A stretch of 59,568 nt of DNA, counting the filler. It is 7 parts of 7 records of this genome, joined end to end, with 100 filler letters (N's around TTAATTAATTAA, not from the genome) between each part and the next. Parts side by side here need not be neighbours in the genome. Positions count along the whole stretch, not along the records: positions 31,321 to 37,650 come from SRR31156797_64725; positions 37,751 to 46,923 come from SRR31156797_64751; 5 more parts are not named here. One strand, written 5' to 3'. Below are positions 32,568 through 42,759 of this stretch, one piece after another; position 1 is the first letter of the stretch; each line of letters opens with the position of its first letter. The notes beneath the pieces are model-generated. The model searched no databases. It saw nothing but the letters and a program-made list of their open reading frames with translations, and was not told where the DNA came from. The translations under genes and the position numbers were made by a program.

Positions 32568-32927
32568 TTGCCCATATATTCGACCTTCCTGGGGAGGAGT
32601 AAAGCAGAACGATACAGTGTAGTTAATAACAAGGGTTGCAATGCTGTGAAATACTCCAAAAAAGAAGCAAACACCATTAACTCCCTATCCCCCGACATGC
32701 GAGCGCAAGTAGAAGACGTCGCAAAGAGCTTCGCGATTACCCTGAGAAACAGCGCCGCCGGAACCGCGGTGGAGATTCCGGATTGGATATCCATCAAGGC
32801 CCAGAACTGGATCCTCGGCCACGCCGACGAATTCAGCGCCTATGTCATCGGCCAATACCGCCGAATCATCAAAAGCGAAGAAAAAGGCCGCCCCTGTTTC
32901 ATCCTTCCGGACCCCGAACACGCGTAG
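32568..32927 (+). CDS. Hypothetical protein (start uncertain)
   Basis: ORF following an AT-rich promoter-like patch; no motif recognised. Confidence 0.4.
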   Translation: MPIYSTFLGRSKAERYSVVNNKGCNAVKYSKKEANTINSLSPDMRAQVEDVAKSFAITLRNSAAGTAVEIPDWISIKAQNWILGHADEFSAYVIGQYRRIIKSEEKGRPCFILPDPEHA

Positions 32928-33061
32928 GGCAATCACGCCATGAGCAGCGGTTGACTTGAACCGACCCGGAAGGCAGCGCCCCTTCCGCAGCCCCGCCAAA
33001 CCCGGGCCATGCGCCCCCGGGTTTCGTTTGCCCCCGGAATCTGTTTATTTCGTCAATGCCG

Positions 33062-33652
33062 TCAGCCCGGCTCGACCATGCGCTCCAGCTTCTTGCTCAA
33101 AACCCATGACAGGCCGAGGAACGCAACCAGCATGCCGATGCCCAGGCCCGAAGACACATCGTTCATCAGCTTCTCGGAAACCTGGCCGAAGGCATAGCCG
33201 GCCGAGACGACGGCTGCCGACCACACCCCGGCGGCAATGAAGTTGAGGATCAGGAAGCCGGTCCAGGGAAGGCTCGAAACCCCATAGGCAAAACCGGCGA
33301 CACCGCGAATGCCGTGCGGATAGCGATGGATCATGATCATCCACAGGAAGTGTTCGTCGGCCAGCCGCGCCGCCACCTCGACGGCGCGTTGAAGCCTCGG
33401 AAAGGATCCGAGCCAGCGATAGCCGAACCGCTTGCCGATCCAGAACCGGAAGGCATCGCCGGCGAAGCTGCCGAACCAGCAAACCAGCAGAAGAGTCCAA
33501 TAATCGAGCGCGCCCGAATGCGCGGCGTATCCCCCGAAAAGCCCGAACAACAGGCTGTGCGAAGCCGCATAGGCGAACATGAAGGAATAGGCCGCATCGC
33601 CGTGCTGGGCTATGAGCTCGAAAAACGAGGCCAGGTCTGTCGGGATCATCAT
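33062..33652 (-). CDS. DedA-family membrane protein
   Basis: GSFAGDAFRFWIGKRFG, RYPHGIR, FLILNFIAAGVW. Confidence 0.88.
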   Translation of the reverse strand: MMIPTDLASFFELIAQHGDAAYSFMFAYAASHSLLFGLFGGYAAHSGALDYWTLLLVCWFGSFAGDAFRFWIGKRFGYRWLGSFPRLQRAVEVAARLADEHFLWMIMIHRYPHGIRGVAGFAYGVSSLPWTGFLILNFIAAGVWSAAVVSAGYAFGQVSEKLMNDVSSGLGIGMLVAFLGLSWVLSKKLERMVEPG

Positions 33653-33979
33653 CGGGCACGCACCTCGGTTTCTTTTTCTGTCATTTCGGAAATTCGCAAC
33701 CACGGCCCTATCGGCCGGGCTCAAAAAAAAACGGCTACGGATCGCGCAACGGCCCCCGTCGGTTTCGATGAACCGGCGGATTTTCCCTTCGCATCGACGG
33801 CCTTATCGATGGTTTATCGGAAATTCCGGGAACACCCTACTTAATTCCGGGCTCCCCTAATTCAAGAGGAACGGGCCGGGAGGCGATAGCCCACCCAAAA
33901 ACCGGTTACTGGTGAATCCTTGATGGCGGTATGTGACCCAAAGCAGGCACCGGTCCCAACAACAATCGCTAACTGCGGA

Positions 33980-36900
33980 CTAAAGAGAAATCAACTCCGC
34001 CAGTTCCTGATAACGACAGAAGGCGTTGGCCAGCTGCATCTGCCGTGGAGTGCGGCATTCGGGCTCAAATATTGCCGAATTCGCCACGAGGACGCTGGCG
34101 CAGCGTGCGCGTGATGTGGCAACATTGAGCCGGTTCAGGCTGTAAAGAAACTCCATTCCGTGCGGCGCTTCAGCAGGTGTTGAGGTAGCCATTGAGTATA
34201 TAACCAGGGGCGCTTCTTGGCCTTGGAATTTGTCGACGGTACCAATACGGGCCTCGGGTAGACGTTCCTGAAGTTCGAAAACCTGCGCGTTGTATGGCGC
34301 GATAATCAGGATATCTTCTAACCCCAGCGGCCGCTCGGTACCGTCCCTGTCAATCCAGGACGCGCCATCAGTGGTCAAAGTTCTGACGAGTGCAAAGACT
34401 GTGTTTGCCTCTTCAGGCGACGCGCTTTGGTTACCTTCATGGGGCACGGGCAGGAATCGCAAACCGCTACCCTGGACAGGACCCTTCGAAACGATCTGCT
34501 GATTTTCGAGGCCAGGGCGCGAATTCAGCCGGCCTTCGTAGAATATCTCACTTGTAAACGCGCAGATATCCGGGTGCAGCCGCCAAGTTTGTTCGAGAAA
34601 CAGGCCACGATCGGCCTCGATGGTCTTATGTCCCCCAAGAATATGATCCAGGGCCGAGATGGCTACGCCGTCGGGGTGACTGCCCTTAACCGGTTGTTCG
34701 AGTTGCTGCGGGTCGCCGAGCAGCACCAACCCGGCGCCAGTCTGCGAGACGGCAATAACATTAGCCAGCGATATCTGAGCCGCTTCATCTACGAACAGCA
34801 CATCTACGGCATTCCTCGCCTCCGGGCGTGCCCAGAGCCATGCGGTGCCGCCGGCAACTTGGCAAATCCCGCTGCTCAAGGCGCTAAGAACATCTTCGTT
34901 CCTCGTCGTGAATCGCAGTCGGTCGAGGTCGTCTTCATTTTCCGCGAGTTTCTGGATAGCGGTTAGGACAGTTCCGCTTTCTTCCGTAGCCTTGATCACT
35001 TCGTCGAGCAGGTTGCGAATCACCTTGTGACTATTTGCCGTGACTCCGACTTTAGCGCCAGCGGCGACCAGCGCGCATATCATCCGTGCACCGGTATAGG
35101 TCTTCCCGGCACCGGGCGGGCCTTGTATCGGCAAGACGCCACCTTGCATTAGGAGCGCGATGCGTAGTGCCGCCTCGACTACAGTTTCGCCGTCATTGCG
35201 CATGGGAACGCCACTGATGCGCGGCCGCTCCCTCATTAATAAATCGCGCGCTGCACGGTATGCGCAGTCATCGCCAATTCCGTTTTCGGCAACATACTCT
35301 CCAATCTCGACAAGTGATTCCGCTAGGACTTTGGCGGGGACGAGATCGTGGGCAAACGCTGCCAGCGGATGTTGGCCAGCACTGTCCCGGCGCTTCTTGA
35401 TATCTACGGTCCGGTCTTCGAACGATATCCGTTCTAGGGTGCCGAGTTTATCTCCACCCGTGCTCATCAATTTTTTTCCATCCCGTAAGTCGGTTTCTTG
35501 CGCCGGAAACCGGTAACGGTGGATTGGCGCCTGGGCGGTGCCCCCAACCGTATCCACAAATGCCAGACCTGCTACGGCGCTACGCTCATCGACCAGATCC
35601 TCTTCGGACAAATCGCTTAACCGGAAATACTCCCACCAGACCGACTTGTCCTCGCGGCGGTGCCAATCAGAGGTGTTCGCAAGCATCCAACGCGCCTGTT
35701 CTTCGACCGTGCGATCTTCTATTTCCGCCGGCACATCTTCGGTCAAGCTGGCCGACAAGGCATTGATTCTCTCCTGCCATTCGCTAATGGTCTCGCTCGG
35801 ATCGCCTTCGCCGGGGTCTGGCCTGTCTATCCGCGCTCCGTTTTCAATCAGGTCGATACGAACGTTTTCGAGCCAGTCCCGCAGACCGCGTGTCGACAGG
35901 CAGTCATCACGGTTATAATCCTGCACCACCATCCGGGTTTCCCCGGTCAGTCCCTCGATATCGGCAAATTCGAGACATGCCTGGACATGGGCTAGCGCTT
36001 GGTTAGCCTCGGGCAGAGCGATTGCCCGTTCATAGCCGTGGAACTGTTCGAGGTCCTTGAGCGAGTAGCTCTCGACGCTAGCTCGGATACCGCCCCGCAC
36101 GACACTATGCAAGTCAACAAACAGGCCAGCACGCAACATGCAATCAATCTCTTCTTCGCGCGTGGCATACCTGCCCATAAGGCGCTTCAGTGCGCCGGGC
36201 TCATAGGGGGAGAAGTGATAAATGTGCATGTCTGGATATTGTTGCCAACGCTTGACGACAAAATCGACAAACTCATCAAACGCGCGCCATTCTTCTTCAC
36301 GGGAATGTGCCCAGCGCGCTGTATATTGCGCGACGTCTTTATCATCGTAGACAACCCAGCCAAATAGATATTCGAGCCCACCTTCGCCAGCGTACGGATC
36401 GCCTTCAAGATCGAAATATATGTCGCCACGTGAAGGAGTGGGCAGGCGCGCTAAGCCAAATCCTGGGACGGGCTCAAGCGGTTCGTAAACCGGCTTGCCA
36501 CCTTCGCGACCGGCGATCTGAATCCGTGCCTGCTCGCGGATGCGTTCATAGGTCTGGATCGCGCCGCGTTCAGGCTTCCAGGGCAACGGCAGCGGTAAAG
36601 CCGCCAACGCTGCCGCGGTATTCACGCCTTGGCGTTTCAATTCATTGATTTGCAGTTTGGACGTCCCGGCCACAAGGCAAAGGTGGTCATCAGCTCGACG
36701 GCATGCATTGCATTCTGAGCGCCAACGGCAAATATCGCAGTGCTGGTTAGGGTCGGGGTAGGTTTGCATTCGATCGAAGTCGGGAACGGACGTTTCAAGA
36801 CTTCTTCTCACGAGGCGGTAGTAGGCCAGATATTCGCTGGTCCTGAATACCTGTGGCTGAAAGTTCGACCAGGGGGCTACAACATACATGAACTCTGGAA

Positions 36901-37384
36901 CTCGGCACTGAACGGTGGAAACAAGATCAGCGTATAGGCAGAGCTGCAAGATGGTGCCGCCTTTGGTTTCGCACGCGAGCTTGGTGTCGATTACCTCGTA
37001 GGACCACTCACCCAGGTCACTGGACGTTTCAACGCGCTTGAGAATGTCAGTCCGGCCGCCCCACCGCCCGTGCTTGAGCACTCCCTGGCTGATTATCGCC
37101 ACGCCAGCACGCATGACGGCAACTGTTTCCTCTGCCTGCCGGGTCTCTATGCCCGCGCCCTCAATCTGCACTATCTCATAGCCCGCGCCTTCGAGGTGGT
37201 CCAGATAGGCTTTTTCGTGCACGGCACCGCGCTTACGTAGGACGTCAAGCAGAGGGTTCCAAGATTTCGGTTTTTCACGCTCGCCACGAGCGACCGCAGC
37301 ATCAAGAGCTGTCAGGTGTTCGCAACTCAGATGACCCGCCAGATCAGTGGCGCTGAATTGTATTTGATCTTTGTTGTACAACAT
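33980..37384 (-). CDS. TM0106-family RecB/Cas4-like nuclease fused to RNase H-like domain and SF1 (DNA2/UPF1-like) helicase
   Basis: FSATDL..C, GRTDIL/VIDTKL/QLCLY, CDICRWRSEC, FDLEGDP...YNRDDC, QGPPGAGKT, DEAAQ, GDPQQL, TVDKFQGQE, NVATSRAR. Confidence 0.9.
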   Translation of the reverse strand: MLYNKDQIQFSATDLAGHLSCEHLTALDAAVARGEREKPKSWNPLLDVLRKRGAVHEKAYLDHLEGAGYEIVQIEGAGIETRQAEETVAVMRAGVAIISQGVLKHGRWGGRTDILKRVETSSDLGEWSYEVIDTKLACETKGGTILQLCLYADLVSTVQCRVPEFMYVVAPWSNFQPQVFRTSEYLAYYRLVRRSLETSVPDFDRMQTYPDPNQHCDICRWRSECNACRRADDHLCLVAGTSKLQINELKRQGVNTAAALAALPLPLPWKPERGAIQTYERIREQARIQIAGREGGKPVYEPLEPVPGFGLARLPTPSRGDIYFDLEGDPYAGEGGLEYLFGWVVYDDKDVAQYTARWAHSREEEWRAFDEFVDFVVKRWQQYPDMHIYHFSPYEPGALKRLMGRYATREEEIDCMLRAGLFVDLHSVVRGGIRASVESYSLKDLEQFHGYERAIALPEANQALAHVQACLEFADIEGLTGETRMVVQDYNRDDCLSTRGLRDWLENVRIDLIENGARIDRPDPGEGDPSETISEWQERINALSASLTEDVPAEIEDRTVEEQARWMLANTSDWHRREDKSVWWEYFRLSDLSEEDLVDERSAVAGLAFVDTVGGTAQAPIHRYRFPAQETDLRDGKKLMSTGGDKLGTLERISFEDRTVDIKKRRDSAGQHPLAAFAHDLVPAKVLAESLVEIGEYVAENGIGDDCAYRAARDLLMRERPRISGVPMRNDGETVVEAALRIALLMQGGVLPIQGPPGAGKTYTGARMICALVAAGAKVGVTANSHKVIRNLLDEVIKATEESGTVLTAIQKLAENEDDLDRLRFTTRNEDVLSALSSGICQVAGGTAWLWARPEARNAVDVLFVDEAAQISLANVIAVSQTGAGLVLLGDPQQLEQPVKGSHPDGVAISALDHILGGHKTIEADRGLFLEQTWRLHPDICAFTSEIFYEGRLNSRPGLENQQIVSKGPVQGSGLRFLPVPHEGNQSASPEEANTVFALVRTLTTDGASWIDRDGTERPLGLEDILIIAPYNAQVFELQERLPEARIGTVDKFQGQEAPLVIYSMATSTPAEAPHGMEFLYSLNRLNVATSRARCASVLVANSAIFEPECRTPRQMQLANAFCRYQELAELISL

Positions 37385-37650
37385 CTGCGGAAGTAAACCA
37401 GAATGGCCAATGCCGCCTCAACCTATTTTATCGCGGATTTCCGGAAATGGTACATACCGGAAGAAATCAGTTGAAATTCCTATTAAAAAGGCATATAATC
37501 CTTTTTTGTTTTTTGACAGGGTAAATCGACGCCATCGCGGGCCGGCGAAACGAAGCCGGTGCCGATGGTCGGGACGTGGAAAAGCGGCCGCGTAAACGGG
37601 CCGGGGAGTGGCAAGTTACGCCCCTGAAAACAAAGGCAAAAACGGCAAAA

Positions 37651-37750
37651 NNNNNNNNNNNNNNNNNNNNNNNNNNNNNNNNNNNNNNNNNNNNTTAATT
37701 AATTAANNNNNNNNNNNNNNNNNNNNNNNNNNNNNNNNNNNNNNNNNNNN
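37651..37750. other. Artificial contig linker
   Basis: 44 N + TTAATTAATTAA + 44 N. Confidence 0.98.
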
Positions 37751-38750
37751 GCTCATTTTTCACCCCGCCGGCAACTGCCGTATGCTTCTCCGTTGCTTTC
37801 GTTGGGATGCTTGAAATCGATGATGAATGGATTTTTTTATCCGGCTCTTTTGATCTGCCGGCTTCATGGGATATGGTAGGTCCGTAAGAGAATTCTTCAG
37901 TCTTTTTTGATGGCCCTGTCCACGGCGAATCCAGGTGCCAGGATGGGTTCAGAGACACCTTTTCTTTCGCGACATCAGCGATTGCCTCCGGTCGGGACGT
38001 TTTTACCGTTGCATTATTGGAATTTTCAATCCCTTTCACTGCATGGCCAATTTCGACCCTTTCGCTGTTAACATCCCTATGGAATTCAAGTATACTTTTC
38101 ACATCTGCCGACTGACGTTCCGCTTCATTAACCGGCAATTTGACGCCGACATCACCCAAATTTGGACCCGCCTTTTTTTCGGTATCCGGCTGGGTAATCA
38201 ATTTTTTGATATTCCGCTTTCCTTCCGACAAAGGGAATGTTACGGGGATATGATTCTTTTTATCCATGATGGGATTTTGGGAATTGACATCAAGTGAACT
38301 TTCCGGGGTTCCAGATAGACTGATTTCGCTCTTCAAGCTTTCGGAAACGCTATTATTTGGGACAACCTGTTCGCCACTCAAAAGTCCCATCAATAAATTC
38401 GGCTCGACTGCCTGCTGCTGATCTTCTTCAATCAAAAGCGGCGTAATCTTGAAAGTCTCTTCCCCATGATCCCGCATCACTTCATCCGATCTTTCGGCTT
38501 CCGGTGACTCGGCTGGCGCCGGCGAATCTGAATCTTTCAATGAATCACATTCATCCCTGCAATCTGCCTTGCCACCACTTTTCACTTTGGAAACAGTCTG
38601 TGAAAAGCCATCGGTATCCCGCCGAACGGCCGCCGCTGCGGCAAAGGCGCTCTGGAAATCGCCCACACCCTGCCCCGATTCATGGATACCTTTGGGATTC
38701 TTTGAAAAGGGAGCGTTTGGCTGTGATGATATGGGGATGCTCTTCAGCAT
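37751..38750 (-). CDS. fliK: Probable flagellar hook-length control protein, N-terminal part
   Basis: Low-complexity S/E/K/P-rich ORF downstream of fliJ with its own sigma-54 promoter; the diagnostic C-domain is beyond the contig end. Confidence 0.6.
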
Positions 38751-38808
38751 GACTTTAGTTCCAAAAAACTTGTTTTAAAAAAACGGTTCTTCTTCGGTGA
38801 CGTCTTAC

Positions 38809-38824
38809 TGCAACGCTCATGCCG
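38809..38824 (-). promoter_or_regulatory. Sigma-54 (-24/-12) promoter
   Basis: Minus strand CGGCATGAGCGTTGCA = GG-N10-GC. Confidence 0.75.
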
Positions 38825-39268
38825 GAATAGATTTTTGTGCAAACAGTGCCCTTTGCACAATGGCGGCAGCACCTGTCCACATCCTTCATATCATATTTAA
38901 ATAATAAGGTTTTTTTAGAATAAAACTTGTCCAGGTTATCTCGGGATAATCATGTTCGAACTTCAATTTGCGGTGTCATCAGGTCGTATTACTGGAAGGA
39001 AATGGGCAATTTTTTCCGCCAAAGAGGCACACTTCTTCCTAGCTGGAGCCGGTTGCATATAAAGGCCTTGTCGGGGAATGCATAAGGGATATGATTGAAC
39101 CGGATGCCAACTCCGTGAACCTTCGGGAGGGGTCGATGTCTCTTCTCTAAGGGATTCGGAACTTGAAGATTTTATGGATTGGGAAAGGGTTGTTTTGGAC
39201 CGGAAAAAGGAATTAATACCGCGTCCGGCGGTTTTCACTGACCATGAATCTTGGATAAAATCAAAATA

Positions 39269-39721
39269 CTATTTTGAAACCGTATTTCGTGATTTCTGAA
39301 ATCCGGCCACGGCAATTTCATCTATCCACTTTTGTTCTTTTCGTCGTTCGTTTCGTTCGTAAATCATTAAACGGTTCTTCTTCAGTTGATCAACGGTCTT
39401 TCGCTCTTTCATGGCTTGAACCAGTTTTTTACGCTTTTTGGCGAGATTTCTTTCAACACCCAAAACCCGCTTTTTCTGTGCCTCGATCTGAAGGGTTACC
39501 TGTCCGATGAAATCGCTGTAAAGTGAAATGTCCAAAGCCCTGATCCCCTTTGTCTGTTTTTCCAGCAGTTCCCGCAGACATCTGCTTTTGTTTTGTTCAA
39601 GGCCCAACAGTTTCTCCTCCTCCGAAAGCAGCAGCCTTTTTGCGGCGGCCATTTCCTTTTGCAACTCTTCTTCAATGAGCTTTCGGTGCCTCAAAACCGG
39701 TTCCAGGCTGAAATGATACAT
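39269..39721 (-). CDS. fliJ: Flagellar export chaperone
   Basis: YHFSLEPVLRHR...EQKWIDE; follows fliI. Confidence 0.9.
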   Translation of the reverse strand: MYHFSLEPVLRHRKLIEEELQKEMAAAKRLLLSEEEKLLGLEQNKSRCLRELLEKQTKGIRALDISLYSDFIGQVTLQIEAQKKRVLGVERNLAKKRKKLVQAMKERKTVDQLKKNRLMIYERNERRKEQKWIDEIAVAGFQKSRNTVSK

Positions 39722-39730
39722 GTGATATGC

Positions 39731-41044
39731 CTAAGAATTGAACAGACGCGAAAGGGTTTGAATACAACTTCCGAGATCTTCTTTTTCATCAATCCCCTGT
39801 CTTAAATATTCATTCACCTTTTCTATCATTTTTACGGCATAATCAATTTTTGGATTGCTTCCCATCACATATGCACCGATATTAATCAGATCCTCGGCCT
39901 TTTTATACGTGGCAAGGATTTGTTTGAGTCGATTGGCACATTCTCGATGTTTTGAACGGGTAACATCGATCATCACCCGGCTGATACTCTCCAGGATATC
40001 GATGGCCGGATAGTGATTCTGTTCGGCAAGATCCCTGGAAAGAACGATATGACCGTCCAGAATGGACCTCACCGCATCAGCGATCGGTTCACTCATATCA
40101 TCTCCCTCAACCAATACCGTATACAATCCGGTGATTGAACCGTGGTTCGAAGAGGTCCCCGCTCTCTCCAAAAGCTTCGGCAAGAGGGTAAAAACCGAGG
40201 GGGTATAACCCTTCGTGGTGGGGGGCTCACCCGCTGCAAGCCCAATCTCCCTTTGGGCCATGGCAAACCTTGTCAAGGAATCCATCATGAGCATCACCTG
40301 CTTTCCCTGGTCCCTGAAGTATTCGGCAATGGCCGTCGCCACAAAAGCACCTCTCATGCGGATCAATGGGAGATGATCGGAGGTCGCCACAACCACAACG
40401 GATCGCGCCAGACCTTCCGGGCCCAGATCCCTCTGGATAAAATCGTTCAGTTCTCGACCCCTTTCACCGATCAACGCAATCACATTGACATCCGCGCTGG
40501 TATTTTTTGCGATCATCCCCAGAAGCACGCTTTTGCCGACACCGGAGCCCGCAAATATACCCATTCTCTGACCACAGCCCACTGTCAGAACCCCATTAAT
40601 GGCTCTAATGCCCAAATCGAGGGGCTGCGAAATCCTTTTTCTTAAAAGTGGATTGATGGGATCTGAATAAATGGGATATGCCTTTCCCCATGAAATTGCG
40701 CCCTTCCCGTCAATGGGGTTTCCAAGCCCGTCAATCACCCGGCCCAGGAGTTCATCACCCACCGGCGCCTGTGCCCTCCGTTCCTTGGCCACGACGCGAT
40801 TTCCCGGAGCAATACCACGAATCTCACCCAGGGGAACCAGCAACATCCGATCATCCCTGAAACCGAACACTTCAGCCCTCACCCTCGGAAGGTCGCCTTT
40901 AGGATAAATGTTACAAATACTGCCCAGTCGGGATGAAGGTCCGTCCGCTTCCGCCACGAAACCCAGGACCTTGGTTACCCGTCCCGTTCTGGTAACCGGA
41001 TTCGTATTCGCCAGCGTCTGATAATATCGTTCCAAATTTATCAA
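39731..41044 (-). CDS. fliI: Flagellar export ATPase
   Basis: GSGVGKS, LIGERGRE, MDSLTRFAMAQREIGL, ILDGH. Confidence 0.96.
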   Translation of the reverse strand: MINLERYYQTLANTNPVTRTGRVTKVLGFVAEADGPSSRLGSICNIYPKGDLPRVRAEVFGFRDDRMLLVPLGEIRGIAPGNRVVAKERRAQAPVGDELLGRVIDGLGNPIDGKGAISWGKAYPIYSDPINPLLRKRISQPLDLGIRAINGVLTVGCGQRMGIFAGSGVGKSVLLGMIAKNTSADVNVIALIGERGRELNDFIQRDLGPEGLARSVVVVATSDHLPLIRMRGAFVATAIAEYFRDQGKQVMLMMDSLTRFAMAQREIGLAAGEPPTTKGYTPSVFTLLPKLLERAGTSSNHGSITGLYTVLVEGDDMSEPIADAVRSILDGHIVLSRDLAEQNHYPAIDILESISRVMIDVTRSKHRECANRLKQILATYKKAEDLINIGAYVMGSNPKIDYAVKMIEKVNEYLRQGIDEKEDLGSCIQTLSRLFNS

Positions 41045-41772
41045 AATTTTTCTCTGAGCGCTTCCGCCACAGCTTCAAGCTGATGGTCCATAATTGAATC
41101 TACACAACCGAAATCGGTTTGAATCACACAGCCACCGCTGGGAACGGCGCTGTCTTCTTCCAGAGTTGCATTTTCAGCCCTTAAGTCTGAAAGGGAAACC
41201 CCCGCCTCCTCAATAGTTTGAAGGTCCAAGGGATTGATTCTGATTTTCAGAATTTCATTCCCCTCCGTTTCTTTTGTCGCCTTTTTTAAAACATCCACAA
41301 TGGTCTTTTTATTGACGGAAACCTCATGACACACAATTTTCCCGGCAATGGCAATGGCCAGTTCCACGGAAGCCTTTTCAAAATGGGCAATCAGCGACTC
41401 CCGACATTTTTGCAATTCCCCGGCGGACGTCTGAAGCGCCTCCAGAGCCGGTTCGATTCTTTGCCGTTCTGAAAGAATCCCCGAATTCTCTCCTTCAATA
41501 TACCCTTTTGAGAAGGACTCCTTCAGCTCGTCGGCATGTTTTTCCGCCAGATCGGCCTCGCTCGGTTCTATTACCGACGATCCCTTGTTTTCTTGAAAAA
41601 TGGCCTCAAACTTGCCCTTTTCAGATTCTTGCAGGGCTTGAGGACAAACCGGCATGAAATCATCAGATTTCTCCTTCGGCAACACGGATTCTTCACCCGC
41701 CAACTGAGGAAACAGATGCGGACTGCATCTTTTCTCATCTGCCGAATCCAGCGCCTTGACAATTCTAGACAA
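41041..41772 (-). CDS. fliH: Flagellar assembly protein
   Basis: GYIEG, IRINPLD, GGCVIQT; position between fliG and fliI. Confidence 0.88.
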   Translation of the reverse strand: MSRIVKALDSADEKRCSPHLFPQLAGEESVLPKEKSDDFMPVCPQALQESEKGKFEAIFQENKGSSVIEPSEADLAEKHADELKESFSKGYIEGENSGILSERQRIEPALEALQTSAGELQKCRESLIAHFEKASVELAIAIAGKIVCHEVSVNKKTIVDVLKKATKETEGNEILKIRINPLDLQTIEEAGVSLSDLRAENATLEEDSAVPSGGCVIQTDFGCVDSIMDHQLEAVAEALREKF

Positions 41773-42751
41773 TGAGTTCTTCCCCCCGACGCCCCGCTAT
41801 AACCAGTTCGCCCTGTTCTTCCATTTCCTGGACAGCCCGTGTGATGATATTTTGAGCGTCTTCCACATCTTTCATCCTGACCGCACCCATCACTTCAATC
41901 TCTTCCTTCAACATTTCACCGGCCCTTTCAGACATGTTTGAAAAGATCTTTTCCTTGACATCACTTGAAGCGGCCTTCAACGCTTTCGCCAGTTCCTGGG
42001 ACTCAACCCTTCTCAGCACCTTCTGCAATCCCATATTATCCACGAGAACAATGTCATCAAAGGTAAACATCTTCTGTTTGATTGCAGCCACCAGTTCCGG
42101 ATTATTTTCATCGATTTTTTCCAGGATGACTTCTCCCGAGAAACCGTCCAAATCATTCAGGATACTGGCCATTAAATCAACCCCGCCTTTCACCACATTC
42201 ACGGAATCGTCACTCTCATAGAGCGCTTCGTCGAAAACCTTTGCGACTTCATCAACCATGGACGATCCGATTTTGTCCAATGTGGCGATTCTATACCCGA
42301 CCTCTCCCCGTGTTTCATCGGGCAGCTCAGCCAAAATCTCACTGGCAACTTCCGGCGAAACATTGACCAGTATCATGGCAATGGTCTGGGGATGCTCATC
42401 TCTGATCAACTCAAAAAGATGATCCGGCTCCAATGCCTTTAAAGCGGAAAGATCAGCAGGCTTACGGGGAGGCCGTTTGGGTCGTGGCGGGGACGGGGGA
42501 TCCGGTTCTTCCGCCGTTTCCGGGTTCTCGATCTGCAGAGGAGCCCCTCCCCCCTCACACAACTGCACAAACTCCTTCGCCACATTTTCCAGTAGATCCG
42601 GAGAGACTTCTTCCATTTGAGATAGGAGTTCCTGCAACAAGGTTCTTTCTTCCTCTTCCAGCAAGGGAAAAAGCTTCTGCTCAACCCTTTTCCCTCCCGC
42701 ATGAACCAAGATTGCAGCCTTTAAGGCGCCGGGTAACCGTTTAGGATCCAT
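41765..42751 (-). CDS. fliG: Flagellar motor switch protein
   Basis: EHPQTIA, MFTFDD, NMSERA, VEDAQ. Confidence 0.95.
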   Translation of the reverse strand: MDPKRLPGALKAAILVHAGGKRVEQKLFPLLEEEERTLLQELLSQMEEVSPDLLENVAKEFVQLCEGGGAPLQIENPETAEEPDPPSPPRPKRPPRKPADLSALKALEPDHLFELIRDEHPQTIAMILVNVSPEVASEILAELPDETRGEVGYRIATLDKIGSSMVDEVAKVFDEALYESDDSVNVVKGGVDLMASILNDLDGFSGEVILEKIDENNPELVAAIKQKMFTFDDIVLVDNMGLQKVLRRVESQELAKALKAASSDVKEKIFSNMSERAGEMLKEEIEVMGAVRMKDVEDAQNIITRAVQEMEEQGELVIAGRRGEELIV

Positions 42752-42759
42752 AACGCTGT

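Noticed and set aside
38963-39238. 91-aa ORF between fliJ and fliK
   Set aside because: No recognisable motif, and it overlaps the likely regulatory region
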